Shown here one piece after another: positions 53,373-62,505 of a stretch of 64,000 nt of DNA. Source of the stretch: an uncultured Acidimicrobiaceae bacterium (GTDB lineage: Bacteria; Actinomycetota; Acidimicrobiia; Acidimicrobiales; RAAP-2); contig CAWJES010000015.1 of the NCBI GenBank assembly GCA_963841965.1, positions 5,186 through 69,185 of the forward strand, given 5' to 3'. A program made the translations under genes and the position numbers. Position 1 is the first letter of the stretch; each line of letters begins with the position of its first letter. The notes under the pieces were generated by a model. It ran no database searches. It was given only the letters and a program-made list of their open reading frames with translations, and had not been told where the DNA came from.

Positions 53373-54137
53373 CTAGGCCCCGGTCCAGGTGGGCTCGCGC
53401 TTCTCGGCGAACGCGACGGCACCCTCCATCGCGTCGTGGGACCGGCCGATGGTCCCGAAGGAGCGGTCGTTCAGCTCCCACGCCTGTGCCTCGTCGAGCT
53501 CGATCGAGCGGAGCATCACGTCCTTGCTGACCCTGACCGCCAGGGGGGCGTTGCGGGCGATCTGGTCGGCGAGGGCCACGGCCTCGTGGACCAGTTCCTC
53601 GGCGGGAACCACCCGGTTGACCAGTCCGACCGCGAGCGCCCGCTGCGCATCGATCGGGGCCGCGGTCAGCGCGAGCTCGAGGGCGACCGCGCGCGGGATC
53701 CGCTTCGCGAGTCGGATCAGGCCCCCACCACCTGCGATGAGGCCGCGAGACGCCTCGGGGATGCCGAAGGTCGCATGCGACGCGGCGACCACGAGGTCGC
53801 AGCTCAGCATGATCTCGAAGCCACCGGCCAGCGCGGAGCCGTTCACCGCCGCGATGATGGGCTTGGGGAAGTCCCGCTTGGTGATTCCCGCGAAGCCCTC
53901 CTTGGTGATGGGGAACTCGCCACGCGCGAAGGCCTTGAGGTCCATCCCGGCGCTGAAGGCCTTGTCTCCCGCACCCGTGAGCACGACGACCCACGCGTCG
54001 TCGTCCGCGGCGATGTCGTCAAGCGCCGCCGAGAGGGCCTCGGCGACGGCGAGGTTGATCGCGTTCCGTGCCTCGGGCCTGTTGATCGTCAGGATCTCGA
54101 CGCGTCCGTGCCGCTCTCTCAGGATCTCGTCCGCCAT
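53373..54137 (-). CDS. enoyl-CoA hydratase/isomerase (crotonase) family protein
   Basis: ILTINRPEARNA, VVLTGAGDKAFSAG.DLK and INGSALAGG.E. ATG 54137 has a GGAGG SD 5 nt upstream. Confidence 0.8.
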   Translation of the reverse strand: MADEILRERHGRVEILTINRPEARNAINLAVAEALSAALDDIAADDDAWVVVLTGAGDKAFSAGMDLKAFARGEFPITKEGFAGITKRDFPKPIIAAVNGSALAGGFEIMLSCDLVVAASHATFGIPEASRGLIAGGGGLIRLAKRIPRAVALELALTAAPIDAQRALAVGLVNRVVPAEELVHEAVALADQIARNAPLAVRVSKDVMLRSIELDEAQAWELNDRSFGTIGRSHDAMEGAVAFAEKREPTWTGA

Positions 54138-54210
54138 GGTGTCCTCCAGCAATCTTGGTCACGCCGACGCTACCGCTCCCGCCACGTGCCGGCCTCCGTG
54201 CGTCGGATGC

Positions 54211-54216
54211 GAGACT
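54211..54216 (+). promoter_or_regulatory. -10-like hexamer GAGACT, 6 nt upstream of GTG 54223
   Basis: nAnnnT at -12..-7, identical to the hexamer at 35145-35150. Confidence 0.3.
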
Positions 54217-54222
54217 GCGCGG

Positions 54223-55389
54223 GTGGCGAACGCTGATCGCGTGCTCGGCGTGACCCTCGACGGCTATGCCATCGAGGGCGGGTATGACGTCGAAGACGGA
54301 CCCGCAACCTCCTTCGGGGTCTCCCAGGTTCTCGGACGGATCGCTCCCAGCCTGCGAAGCACGGGAACCTTCGACCACCTCGCAGAGCTCGTGGATGCGG
54401 CTGCGGGGCTCGGCTTCTCCGAGCTGCGCCTCACGGTCGAGTGGGCGCGGCTCGAGCCGCGACCGGACGTCCGAAGCGACGGTGCCATGGCGACGTACGA
54501 GCGCGCGATCTCCCGGGCCGTGAGCTGCGGCCTCGCGGTTTCGGTCGTGCTGTGCGATCAGGCCTGGCCATCCTGGGTCGGCCAGGAGCCTTGGCTCGCG
54601 CCCTGGTCCGCCGACCGGTTCGCGCTGCACGCACGCTGGGTGGCGGAGCGCCTCGAGGGGCTCGTCGGGGCCTTCGTCACGTTCCGCGCCCCGAACACGG
54701 TCGCCAGGGACGGTTGGGTGCGAGGCTCGCGCCCGCCCTTCCGAAGGAGGGCGGACGCGGACGCCGTGGGTGCGATGGACGGGATGCTCCGAGCGCACGC
54801 GGCGGCGGCGCACGCCCTTGCCGCGGCGGCACCCGACGCGGAGCTCGCCGTCATCCTCGAGGTCCACCGGCGCTACGAGGACGAGGGACTCTGGCGCGAC
54901 CTGCTCAGCGGCATCGTCGACCCGGTGCTGCTGGCCGCGCGGCGAGACAGGTGGGAGCAGTTGGTCCCGAGCGACGCAGGGCGGGAATCCGCGGGTCTCC
55001 TCTCCTCAGGCGCGCGCGAGGTGGTCGGGATGCTCCCGGCCCTTCGAGCCGTGCGCGGCGCGCCCGGCGCATCATGCTGGCTCGCCGGTCGCGACAACGG
55101 CCTTCTGACCGCCGCGGTCGAGCACGCGCAAGGATCCGTGCGAACCGTGGAGCTCAGCCCACAGGACCGGTGGTCCGACCTGCTCGCATCGGATCCCCCG
55201 GGGATCGATGCGCTGCCTGACGTCGTTGCGCACGTGCACCTTCACGGCCTGGTGGGGTCGACCGGGCCGCTTGCGACCCCCCTCGGCCTGCTCGACGTGG
55301 AGCACGGCGGCGGAAGGTGGTCGCTCGGGGCGCCGCCGAAGGACCTCGATCGTGTCGTGTCGCCGGGAGGACGGCCCACCGGTCAGTGA
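54223..55389 (+). CDS. glycoside hydrolase family 1-like protein with substituted catalytic glutamates
   Basis: GH1-like order of motifs (GY.IEG ... LR.TVEWARLEP ... FVTF-RAP ... RDNG), but NEP reads RAP and TENG reads RDNG. The upstream part of track ORF 53389.. is antisense to echA. Confidence 0.5.
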   Translation: MANADRVLGVTLDGYAIEGGYDVEDGPATSFGVSQVLGRIAPSLRSTGTFDHLAELVDAAAGLGFSELRLTVEWARLEPRPDVRSDGAMATYERAISRAVSCGLAVSVVLCDQAWPSWVGQEPWLAPWSADRFALHARWVAERLEGLVGAFVTFRAPNTVARDGWVRGSRPPFRRRADADAVGAMDGMLRAHAAAAHALAAAAPDAELAVILEVHRRYEDEGLWRDLLSGIVDPVLLAARRDRWEQLVPSDAGRESAGLLSSGAREVVGMLPALRAVRGAPGASCWLAGRDNGLLTAAVEHAQGSVRTVELSPQDRWSDLLASDPPGIDALPDVVAHVHLHGLVGSTGPLATPLGLLDVEHGGGRWSLGAPPKDLDRVVSPGGRPTGQ

Positions 55390-56081
55390 GGTGAGGGCCC
55401 TTCGTCGGCATCGTCGACGACGAGGTCGTCGATCAGGTGCTCGTCGGGGTGCTCGGCGAGGAACTCCGCGTCCTCCGCACGTTCCCTCCGCTTCTTGCGG
55501 AAGTGGAAGACGACGGCCAACGCGATGACGAGGACGAGGATCGCGATGGCTGCATAGGACGAGTACTTCTCGACCTTCTTGTAGGCGCTTCCGGCGAAGT
55601 AGCCAAGCAGCGAGTACCCGACGCCCCAGCACAGTCCGCCGAGGGCGTTCGCCACGAAGAAGCGCCGGTAATGCATCTTCGACATGCCCGCGAGTCCCGG
55701 GATCACGGCGCGCAGGAATGCAGTGAACCGTCCGATGAAGACATAGAAGGGTCCGCGGGTCTCGAGGCCGCTCAGCGCCCGTTCGAGCCCCACGCGTCGG
55801 TTCCGCAGGATCGGGAGGTCCATCAGCCGCGTGCCGTACCGGTTGCCGATGACGTACCCGACGGAGTCACCGGCGATGGCGGCCACGACGACGAGCACGC
55901 ACAGCGCGACGATGTTGATCTTCCCCTGGCTCGCGATGAACCCTCCGACGATGACGGCGGTCTCGCCGGGCAGGATGAAGCCGATGAAGATCGCCGCCTC
56001 GCCGAACACGAGGAGCGTGACGACCGTGTAGACGAGCGCAGCAGGCAGCGTCTGGATCTGCTCGATGAGATACGAGACCAC
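55383..56081 (-). CDS. DedA family membrane protein
   Basis: F.E....IGF.LPGET..I..G and GD..GY.IG..YG motifs. 232 aa. Confidence 0.8.
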   Translation of the reverse strand: MVSYLIEQIQTLPAALVYTVVTLLVFGEAAIFIGFILPGETAVIVGGFIASQGKINIVALCVLVVVAAIAGDSVGYVIGNRYGTRLMDLPILRNRRVGLERALSGLETRGPFYVFIGRFTAFLRAVIPGLAGMSKMHYRRFFVANALGGLCWGVGYSLLGYFAGSAYKKVEKYSSYAAIAILVLVIALAVVFHFRKKRRERAEDAEFLAEHPDEHLIDDLVVDDADEGPSPH

Positions 56082-56087
56082 GGGACG

Positions 56088-56093
56088 ATCCTT
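56088..56093 (-). promoter_or_regulatory. -10-like hexamer AAGGAT (minus strand), 6 nt upstream of the DedA GTG
   Basis: nAnnnT at -12..-7 relative to GTG 56081. Confidence 0.3.
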
Positions 56094-56154
56094 ACCGAAG
56101 ACTTAGTGCGGTGGTGTCGATATTCGGGCGTCTCCCGCCGGCGCATGTGGCATC

Positions 56155-57363
56155 GTGAGGAGCGTGGCTCGTCCAGTCAGACGGAGAACCGCCCCACGGC
56201 AGTTGCCACTGGGCATGCCGCCGAGGGGGTGGCTGCTCGCCGGATGGGCGCTGCTCCCGCTGCGCGCGTTCCTCGGGGTGACGTTCGTCTATGCGAGCTT
56301 CCAGAAGCTCGCGAACCCCAACTTCTTCAGCCAGAGCGCCCCCGGGAGCCTCCACCAGCAGATGATCGGGTACATCAGGACCAGCCCGATCCACGAGCTC
56401 ATCGGCCACCTCCTGCGCTTCTCGACGCCGCTTGGGATCCTCATGTCGCTCGGGGAGCTCGCGGTGGGCGTCGGGATCCTGATCGGCCTCTGGACCAGGG
56501 TCGCTGCGATCGGCGGGATGCTCATCTCCTTCAGCCTCTTCCTCTCGGTCAGCTTCCACGCCTCCCCGTGGTTCACCGGTGCGGACATCGTCTACTTCTT
56601 CGCGTTCACGCCGATCCTCGTGGCGGGGGCGGGCGGCGTCATGTCCGTCGACGCGATGATCGAGCGGCGCGCGAGCCGTGAGGCGGGTGTCGAGGATCCG
56701 CTCATCGTCGCGATCCCGTTCACGGAGGCGCAGGCGACCTGCGGCTTCTACTCGAGTGGTCGCTGCTCGGCGATTCCGAACCGCCGGTGCGCACCGTCAG
56801 GATGCCCCTACCTCGAGGGCGTCCGCATGTCGCTGGCAGCGGGAAGGACTCCCGACGGCGTCGACCGCCGGACTGTCGTCCTCGGAAGCGTGGCGGCGGT
56901 CGCTGCCGGCGGGGCCGCGCTCCTCGGCGCGGGGGTTGTCGCCAGCGCCGGCCGGCTCGCGGGCGGATCGAAGGGCCAGTCGTCGACACCGCTTACGCTG
57001 GCACCGCCGACGACGGCACCCGAGGGCACACCCACCACGCCGACCACGACGAGCCCGCTGGGCTCGCCTATCGGCGCCGCAAGCCAGCTACCGGTGGGCC
57101 AGTCGGCGTATGTGACGCTCCCGTCCAACGGGGACCCGGGCCTCGTCATCCATCCGGCTGCAGGGCAGTTCGTCGCCTACGACGCCGTGTGCCCGCATGC
57201 GGGCTGCACTGTGGGCTACTCCGCCGCGAACGCCATCATCGTCTGCCCCTGCCACGGTTCCGAGTTCCAGGTGTCGAACGGGGACGTCATCCAGGGCCCT
57301 GCCGCGACGGGTCTGACCGCCTACACCGTCACCGAGTCGAACGGACAGCTCTACCTGAAGTAG
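56155..57363 (+). CDS. DoxX-family membrane domain fused to a Cys4 linker, a Tat-like signal anchor and a bc1-type Rieske [2Fe-2S] domain
   Basis: The N-terminal 4-TM region is DoxX/DoxD-like (LR..LG..F.YA...KL). C196-x7-C204-x7-C212-x4-C217. DRRTVVLG followed by a TM helix. A Pro/Thr linker. CPHAGC...CPCHGS. The start codon is uncertain (GTG 56155 or ATG 56215). Confidence 0.65.
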   Translation: MRSVARPVRRRTAPRQLPLGMPPRGWLLAGWALLPLRAFLGVTFVYASFQKLANPNFFSQSAPGSLHQQMIGYIRTSPIHELIGHLLRFSTPLGILMSLGELAVGVGILIGLWTRVAAIGGMLISFSLFLSVSFHASPWFTGADIVYFFAFTPILVAGAGGVMSVDAMIERRASREAGVEDPLIVAIPFTEAQATCGFYSSGRCSAIPNRRCAPSGCPYLEGVRMSLAAGRTPDGVDRRTVVLGSVAAVAAGGAALLGAGVVASAGRLAGGSKGQSSTPLTLAPPTTAPEGTPTTPTTTSPLGSPIGAASQLPVGQSAYVTLPSNGDPGLVIHPAAGQFVAYDAVCPHAGCTVGYSAANAIIVCPCHGSEFQVSNGDVIQGPAATGLTAYTVTESNGQLYLK

Positions 57364-57387
57364 CCGGCGGACCAGGCTGCCGATCCG

Positions 57388-58413
57388 TCACACGGAGAGC
57401 TCGACGGCTCGCTCGTTGATCGTCTCGAGGAACGCCTGGCCCCAGGGGACGCGCGAGAGCACGTCCGCCTGGCCTGACGGTCTCGCAAGCATCCACGAGT
57501 GCCCGCCGGGCACCCAGTGCACGTCCACATCGGCGACCTCGGCGAACTCGGCACCGGTCGACGGCGGGATGAGGCGGTCGAAGCAGCCCCACTCCGCGAG
57601 GATGGGCACGCCCTCCTTGCGCACGAGTCGGACGTCCTCGGAGAGGTCGAGGCTCATGAGCATCGACGCGACCGGCGCGCTCCTCGCGATCGTCCGGACG
57701 TTGTGGCGCAGGTCCGGGATCATCGCACGGATCGTTGCGAGGGCGTGGCCGGCGAGCAGGTCGGGGAGGTCGAGCGCGACCGCTGCCATCATGTCTGCGA
57801 CCGGAGCGATGTCCGGGAGCGTGCCGGCGAGCAGTCTCGCCACGATCCCGCCGCGCTGCTGCCATCGCGGGGTCGCGACGCCGTCGCGGTAGATGATCCC
57901 GATCACGGATTCCGGGTGACGAGCGGTGAAGCGCATCGCGACCGCGCCGCCCATCGAGTGGCCCAGCAGCAGGACCGGCCCGACGTCGAGGTCGTCGAGG
58001 ACCGTGGTGATCTGATCGGCGAGATGGTCCATCGAGATGTCGGACCAGCGGAACGGGTCGGACCCCCCGAAGCCCGGGAGGGACGGATTCACGATCCGCC
58101 AACCGAACCGCTCGGCTAGGAGCTTGCTCTCCCGTGCGTACATCGAACCGCCGGCGAAGTAGCCGTGGAGGTTCACAGCCCAGATCGGCGGCGACCCCGG
58201 ACCGCCGGGCCCGTGCGCGTCGACGTTGTCGGTGACCCGATAGCGCAGGGACCTTCCGTCTGCGAGGACCAAGTTGACGACGTTCCAGTCGACATCGCGG
58301 CCGACGGCCGAGCCGTGCCGACGGCGGGTTCGCAGCAGCGTGCACGCGCTGTCGAGGGGCGTCTGCAGCGAACGGAGCGCGACGTCGCCGGCCTCGAGTA
58401 GCGGTGCAACCAC
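57388..58413 (-). CDS. alpha/beta hydrolase (Ser nucleophile)
   Basis: HG..... and GHSMGG motifs. The start is placed at GTG 58413, which has an AAGGAGG SD 3 nt upstream. The track start 58437 lies inside the predicted TSS region. Confidence 0.7.
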   Translation of the reverse strand: MVAPLLEAGDVALRSLQTPLDSACTLLRTRRRHGSAVGRDVDWNVVNLVLADGRSLRYRVTDNVDAHGPGGPGSPPIWAVNLHGYFAGGSMYARESKLLAERFGWRIVNPSLPGFGGSDPFRWSDISMDHLADQITTVLDDLDVGPVLLLGHSMGGAVAMRFTARHPESVIGIIYRDGVATPRWQQRGGIVARLLAGTLPDIAPVADMMAAVALDLPDLLAGHALATIRAMIPDLRHNVRTIARSAPVASMLMSLDLSEDVRLVRKEGVPILAEWGCFDRLIPPSTGAEFAEVADVDVHWVPGGHSWMLARPSGQADVLSRVPWGQAFLETINERAVELSV

Positions 58414-58441
58414 GATCCTCCTTGGGCCGAAGGCCACGCCA

Positions 58442-58447
58442 AACGTA
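58442..58447 (-). promoter_or_regulatory. -10 hexamer TACGTT (minus strand) for the alpha/beta hydrolase (leadered)
   Basis: TAnnnT. The predicted TSS near 58435 gives a leader of about 22 nt containing AAGGAGG. Confidence 0.3.
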
Positions 58448-58478
58448 GTGGCAGGCTCAGGCGAGTTGGTGTCTCAGG

Positions 58479-58484
58479 TAGGTT
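58479..58484 (+). promoter_or_regulatory. -10 hexamer TAGGTT, exactly 6 nt upstream of the GH31 ATG (leaderless-type candidate)
   Basis: TAnnnT at -12..-7 relative to ATG 58491. Confidence 0.45.
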
Positions 58485-58490
58485 CCCCGC

Positions 58491-61019
58491 ATGCCCGCTG
58501 GCGCGTTTCGTCGTGCCCTCTTGAAGGGCGAGCTCGCTCTCCGCGAGATCGTCGCGCTGTCGCCGAGGACCATGAGGGCGATCACCGCGAACTCGGTGAG
58601 GATGTCGATCCAGGACCGAGACAGCCGGCGCGCGCGCCGAGCTGCCAACGATCAGCGTCCCGTCACCGTCGGCTCGTTCACCGGCGCCCAGAGGGACCAC
58701 GGAGGCGAGGGACTGGCAGCCACGTTCGATCGTGCGACCCTGCATATCCGGGCGATCTCCGACGATCTGGTGCGGCTCGCATGGGGACCGGGACCCGCGC
58801 CCATCGACGTCGCGACACGAGACGCCGAGATCGCTCCTCCCTCGTCGGTGGACGTGCGTGTCGTCGAGGGCTCGGCGACGCTCACGACGCCGCACCTCAG
58901 CGTGGAGGTCTCCGACCACGGCGTGGTCGTGACGGATGCACGCGGGAACGTCCGCTACGAGGAGCTGACACCTCTCTTCGAGGACGCGAGGCGGGTACTC
59001 CGGCGAGTCCTGCGCGAGGGAGAGCGCCTCGCGGGTCTCGGCGAGCAGGCGCAGGGGCTGGACCTGACGGGTGGGACCTACCGGCTGTGGAACCGCGACC
59101 CCGGCGGGGCGTGGGGACCCGGCCAGAACCCCCTGTACTGCTCGATTCCGGTGACGATCGGGCTCCACGAGCATGGGCCGGTGTGGGCGTTCCACGAGAA
59201 CACCTATGACGCGACCGTCGAGGTCGGGCAGGTCGCGCATGCCCCCCACGGCGTCACCGCCACCTTCGACGGCGGGCAGCTCGTCACCTATGTCGCGGTG
59301 GGCGAGCTCGACGGGCTGCTGACGACGGCCGCGCGGCTGACGGGTTTCCCGCCGATGCCGCCCCGATGGGCGCTCGGCTACCACCACTGCCGCTGGGGAT
59401 GGCGGACAGATCGCATCGTTGCCGGTGTCCTCGCCGGATTCGTCTCGCGTGGGATACCCCTGTCGGCCCTGCACCTCGACATCGACCACATGGATGACTT
59501 CCGCGTGTTCACATTCGACGAGGTGCGCTTCGGTGGCGTCGGCGATCTCGCGCGTCGCGCGCTCGAGCACGGATCGAGGCTCGTTGCGATCGTCGATCCC
59601 GCGGTGCGCAGGGACGATGGGTTCCCCCTCTACGCCGAGGGCGTCTCGGAAGGGCACTTCGTGACCGAGCGCGACGGTCAGGTCCACCACGGCACCGTGT
59701 GGCCCGGTTGGGCCGCGTTCCCAGACTTCACGAGGGCCGCGACACGGGCGTGGTGGGCGACGAAGTATGAGGCGCTGACGAGCAAGGGCGTGGCCGGCGT
59801 GTGGCATGACATGAACGAGCCCACGTCGATCACGCTGTGGGGTGACAGGACCCTTCCACGCTCCACGTCATTCGACCTGGAGGGCCGGGGAGGGGATCAC
59901 GGCGAGGCGCACAACATCTACGGCCTGCTGATGGACAAGGCGGGGTACGAGGCATTGTCGGGGCCCGGTGCCACGGCACGACCCTTCGTCCTGTCGCGCT
60001 CCGGCTGGGCGGGCATGCAGCGCTACGCATGGCACTGGACCGCCGACGTCGAGAGCTCGCAGGAGGGGCTGTCGCAGCAGGTCCCAACGTTCCTCGGTCT
60101 CGGCATGTCCTCGGTCGCCTTCACCGGATCGGACATCGGCGGTTTCAGCGGCATCCCGTCGCCCGGCCTCTTCGTGCGGTGGCTGGAGCTCGGCGTCGTG
60201 TCCCCGCTCTGCAGGACGCACTGCGTCCTCGGGGCGCCTGATCGCGAGCCCTGGCGCTTCGACGCGCTCCACGAGCGGGCCATCACGGGGCTGATAAGGA
60301 TGCGCTACCGCCTCCTGCCGCATCTCTACCGACTCGCCGAGGAGGCTCACCGGCTCGGCCATCCGATCCTGCGCGTGGTGGACTGGCCCCGCGAGGGCGC
60401 GATCTCGGGCGCAACCGCGGACGCCGGCGCGTTCCTGCTCGGCGACGAGCTCCTCGTCGTGCCGGTGTCGGACCCAGACACGACCCAGGTGACTGCAACG
60501 ATCCCGGCCGGACGCTGGCGCCGCCAGCGGCTCTGCCCGATACCGGGCGGTGTCGAACAACCCCCGGAGACCGACGAGGAGGGGGGTCGAGTCGCGGTCC
60601 TCGACGCCCCCCTCGGCCAGCCGGTCATCCTCCAGCGCGCCGGGAGCATCGTGGTGCTCGACGATGCGTGGTCGGATGCTTCGACCATCCTTCGCGAGGA
60701 CCATGCCCCTGCGTTGTGGACCCTGCACGTCGTCCTGGACGCGAGCGGCTCCGCGAGCGGACGGGGGTTCGACGACCTGGGTGACGGCGACGGAGCGACC
60801 CGCCACGACACGTACCGGGCCGATACGCATGATGCCACCGTCACCGTACGGTGGGACGCCACCGGCAGTCACCCCAAGCCCGTGGACGCCGCTGTGGTGG
60901 TCCACGGGAGGCGCTTCGGCTCGGCGAACGCGGACGGCAGCACCGTTCCGTGCGAGGTCTCCGCGCTGGGGACGCGTGTTCTGGTTCAAGGCGGGTTCGA
61001 CCAGCTCGAGCTGCGCTAG
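58491..61019 (+). CDS. glycoside hydrolase family 31 (alpha-glucosidase/alpha-xylosidase type)
   Basis: GH31 nucleophile region GVWHDMNEP, HNIYG, SRSG.AG.QRY..HWTGD-like and GSDIGGF. Confidence 0.8.
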   Translation: MPAGAFRRALLKGELALREIVALSPRTMRAITANSVRMSIQDRDSRRARRAANDQRPVTVGSFTGAQRDHGGEGLAATFDRATLHIRAISDDLVRLAWGPGPAPIDVATRDAEIAPPSSVDVRVVEGSATLTTPHLSVEVSDHGVVVTDARGNVRYEELTPLFEDARRVLRRVLREGERLAGLGEQAQGLDLTGGTYRLWNRDPGGAWGPGQNPLYCSIPVTIGLHEHGPVWAFHENTYDATVEVGQVAHAPHGVTATFDGGQLVTYVAVGELDGLLTTAARLTGFPPMPPRWALGYHHCRWGWRTDRIVAGVLAGFVSRGIPLSALHLDIDHMDDFRVFTFDEVRFGGVGDLARRALEHGSRLVAIVDPAVRRDDGFPLYAEGVSEGHFVTERDGQVHHGTVWPGWAAFPDFTRAATRAWWATKYEALTSKGVAGVWHDMNEPTSITLWGDRTLPRSTSFDLEGRGGDHGEAHNIYGLLMDKAGYEALSGPGATARPFVLSRSGWAGMQRYAWHWTADVESSQEGLSQQVPTFLGLGMSSVAFTGSDIGGFSGIPSPGLFVRWLELGVVSPLCRTHCVLGAPDREPWRFDALHERAITGLIRMRYRLLPHLYRLAEEAHRLGHPILRVVDWPREGAISGATADAGAFLLGDELLVVPVSDPDTTQVTATIPAGRWRRQRLCPIPGGVEQPPETDEEGGRVAVLDAPLGQPVILQRAGSIVVLDDAWSDASTILREDHAPALWTLHVVLDASGSASGRGFDDLGDGDGATRHDTYRADTHDATVTVRWDATGSHPKPVDAAVVVHGRRFGSANADGSTVPCEVSALGTRVLVQGGFDQLELR

Positions 61020-61121
61020 AGGCGACTGGGCTCGGGCGGCGGGCTTGGCATCGCGATCGGCTGGCTTGGCGGGTTCCGCGGGCGACCCCGGCGTGCCGGT
61101 GCACGGTCGTCGCAGTGCCCC

Positions 61122-61127
61122 TAGGTT
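61122..61127 (+). promoter_or_regulatory. -10 hexamer TAGGTT, exactly 6 nt upstream of ATG 61134 (leaderless-type candidate)
   Basis: The same hexamer and spacing as at the GH31 gene. Confidence 0.45.
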
Positions 61128-61133
61128 GGCGCA

Positions 61134-61916
61134 ATGGACGCAGCCACCGTCATCGAGGCGACCGCGGTTCCGGTCTACGAACTGGGGGAGGCCTACTACT
61201 TCGAGCCGTCGACGGTGGCGGCTGCCGAGGCGCTGGGCCTCGACGTCTTCATGTTCTACACACTCGGTCGGGGAGGTGTGCTTGGCAATGTCGACGCCGA
61301 CTCCGCCGCCGAGGCCTTCATCTGGCACAAGCCGGAGCTCGTCAGGTTCGTCTGGAACGAGGGCAGCGCGATCGCTGAACCAACCCGGGTGGCCACGGCA
61401 TTCCTCGACGCCGCCCGTGCATACGCTCGCAGGACCTTCAAGGAGACGGACGTCCTGCGCAAGTTCGCCGACGCCGCCGCGAGCGTCGTGGACGCTGCAC
61501 CCCGCGGCCGGTGGCCCTTCGTCGATGGCTACCGGGCATTCGACGTGTCCGAGGACGCGCGGGCGCGCGCATACCAACAGCTCCTCGTGCTCCGCGAGAT
61601 GCGCGGAGCCGCGAGCGGCGAGGCGGTCGCAGAGGTCGGTCTCACGCCGGCCGAGGCGCACTATCTCAACAGCCCCGAGATGTTCGGCCTCTACGGCTAT
61701 GTGGAGGACGATGCGCCCGACGTGAGCGACGAGCTCTTCGAGCGGCGCGCGATCGCGGAGGAGCGCACCTCGGAGATCCTGCTCGCGTCGTACGAGGTGC
61801 TCGACGATGACGGTCTCTCCGCCCTCTACGAGGGCGTTGCAGAGATGGCGAAGTCGGCCCGGATCGACATGGACGACGAGCTCCTGACGGGGTCGGAATC
61901 CGGGTCTCGGTCCTAG
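61134..61916 (+). CDS. conserved actinobacterial hypothetical protein (possibly SCO6745-like helical protein)
   Basis: High GC3. Soluble, 260 aa, with an FYTLGRGGVLG motif. No catalytic signature recognised. Confidence 0.4.
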   Translation: MDAATVIEATAVPVYELGEAYYFEPSTVAAAEALGLDVFMFYTLGRGGVLGNVDADSAAEAFIWHKPELVRFVWNEGSAIAEPTRVATAFLDAARAYARRTFKETDVLRKFADAAASVVDAAPRGRWPFVDGYRAFDVSEDARARAYQQLLVLREMRGAASGEAVAEVGLTPAEAHYLNSPEMFGLYGYVEDDAPDVSDELFERRAIAEERTSEILLASYEVLDDDGLSALYEGVAEMAKSARIDMDDELLTGSESGSRS

Positions 61917-61932
61917 GATCCGCTCGGAGGTC

Positions 61933-62478
61933 ATGATGGCCGCACCGAGTCCACACATGAGGCGACGGGTGCTCGAGGCGCTCGTCGGCGGGTGCGTCGT
62001 GCTCGCCGCGTGGATCGTCGTGCTCGCCCTGCAGCTGCCGAAGGTCTACGACGCCGAGCACTGGGATCTTGCGTGGGTGGGCTTCGACGTGGGTCTCCTC
62101 ATCGGCCTCGCCGCGACAGCGTGGGCGGCATGGCGAAGGCGGGCGATCATCGTCCTGTTCGCGACTTCGACCGCGACGCTCCTGGTTGCGGACGCCTGGT
62201 TCGACGTGACGACCGCTCGGTCACGCGATGTCACCCTGAGCGCGGTGCAGGCGGCGTTCGTCGAGATCCCCGCGGCCATCTTCCTGATGTACATCGTGGT
62301 CCGGGTCCTCAGCTTCACGAGGGGCTCCGTGTGGAGCGACCGCATCGGGGATCGGCCGCGATCCCTGTGGGAGGTGGAGTTCCAGCACCCTTCAGACCGA
62401 CGCTACGACACAACGCCCCCGGTCGATTCGATGCAGCGGGAGTCTCCCGCGGATCCATCGGACGGTCCCAGGTTCTGA
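61933..62478 (+). CDS. hypothetical 4-TM membrane protein
   Basis: Four hydrophobic helices. GGAGG at 61926-61930 favours the second ATG (61936) as the start. Confidence 0.4.
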   Translation: MMAAPSPHMRRRVLEALVGGCVVLAAWIVVLALQLPKVYDAEHWDLAWVGFDVGLLIGLAATAWAAWRRRAIIVLFATSTATLLVADAWFDVTTARSRDVTLSAVQAAFVEIPAAIFLMYIVVRVLSFTRGSVWSDRIGDRPRSLWEVEFQHPSDRRYDTTPPVDSMQRESPADPSDGPRF

Positions 62479-62493
62479 CATCCCGACAGTTGG

Positions 62494-62499
62494 TACGGT
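62494..62499 (+). promoter_or_regulatory. -10 hexamer TACGGT, exactly 6 nt upstream of ATG 62506 (leaderless-type candidate)
   Basis: TAnnnT at -12..-7. Confidence 0.45.
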
Positions 62500-62505
62500 C
62501 GCGAG

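Noticed and set aside
61020-61133. A GC-rich direct/inverted repeat-like sequence (GGCTTGGC ... GGCTGGCTTGGCGGG, CCGGCGTGCCGG) after the GH31 gene, considered as an sRNA, terminator or repeat element
   Set aside because: The repeats are short and imperfect, and the stems are at most 5 bp. The only well-positioned signal in this gap is the TAGGTT box for orf61134.
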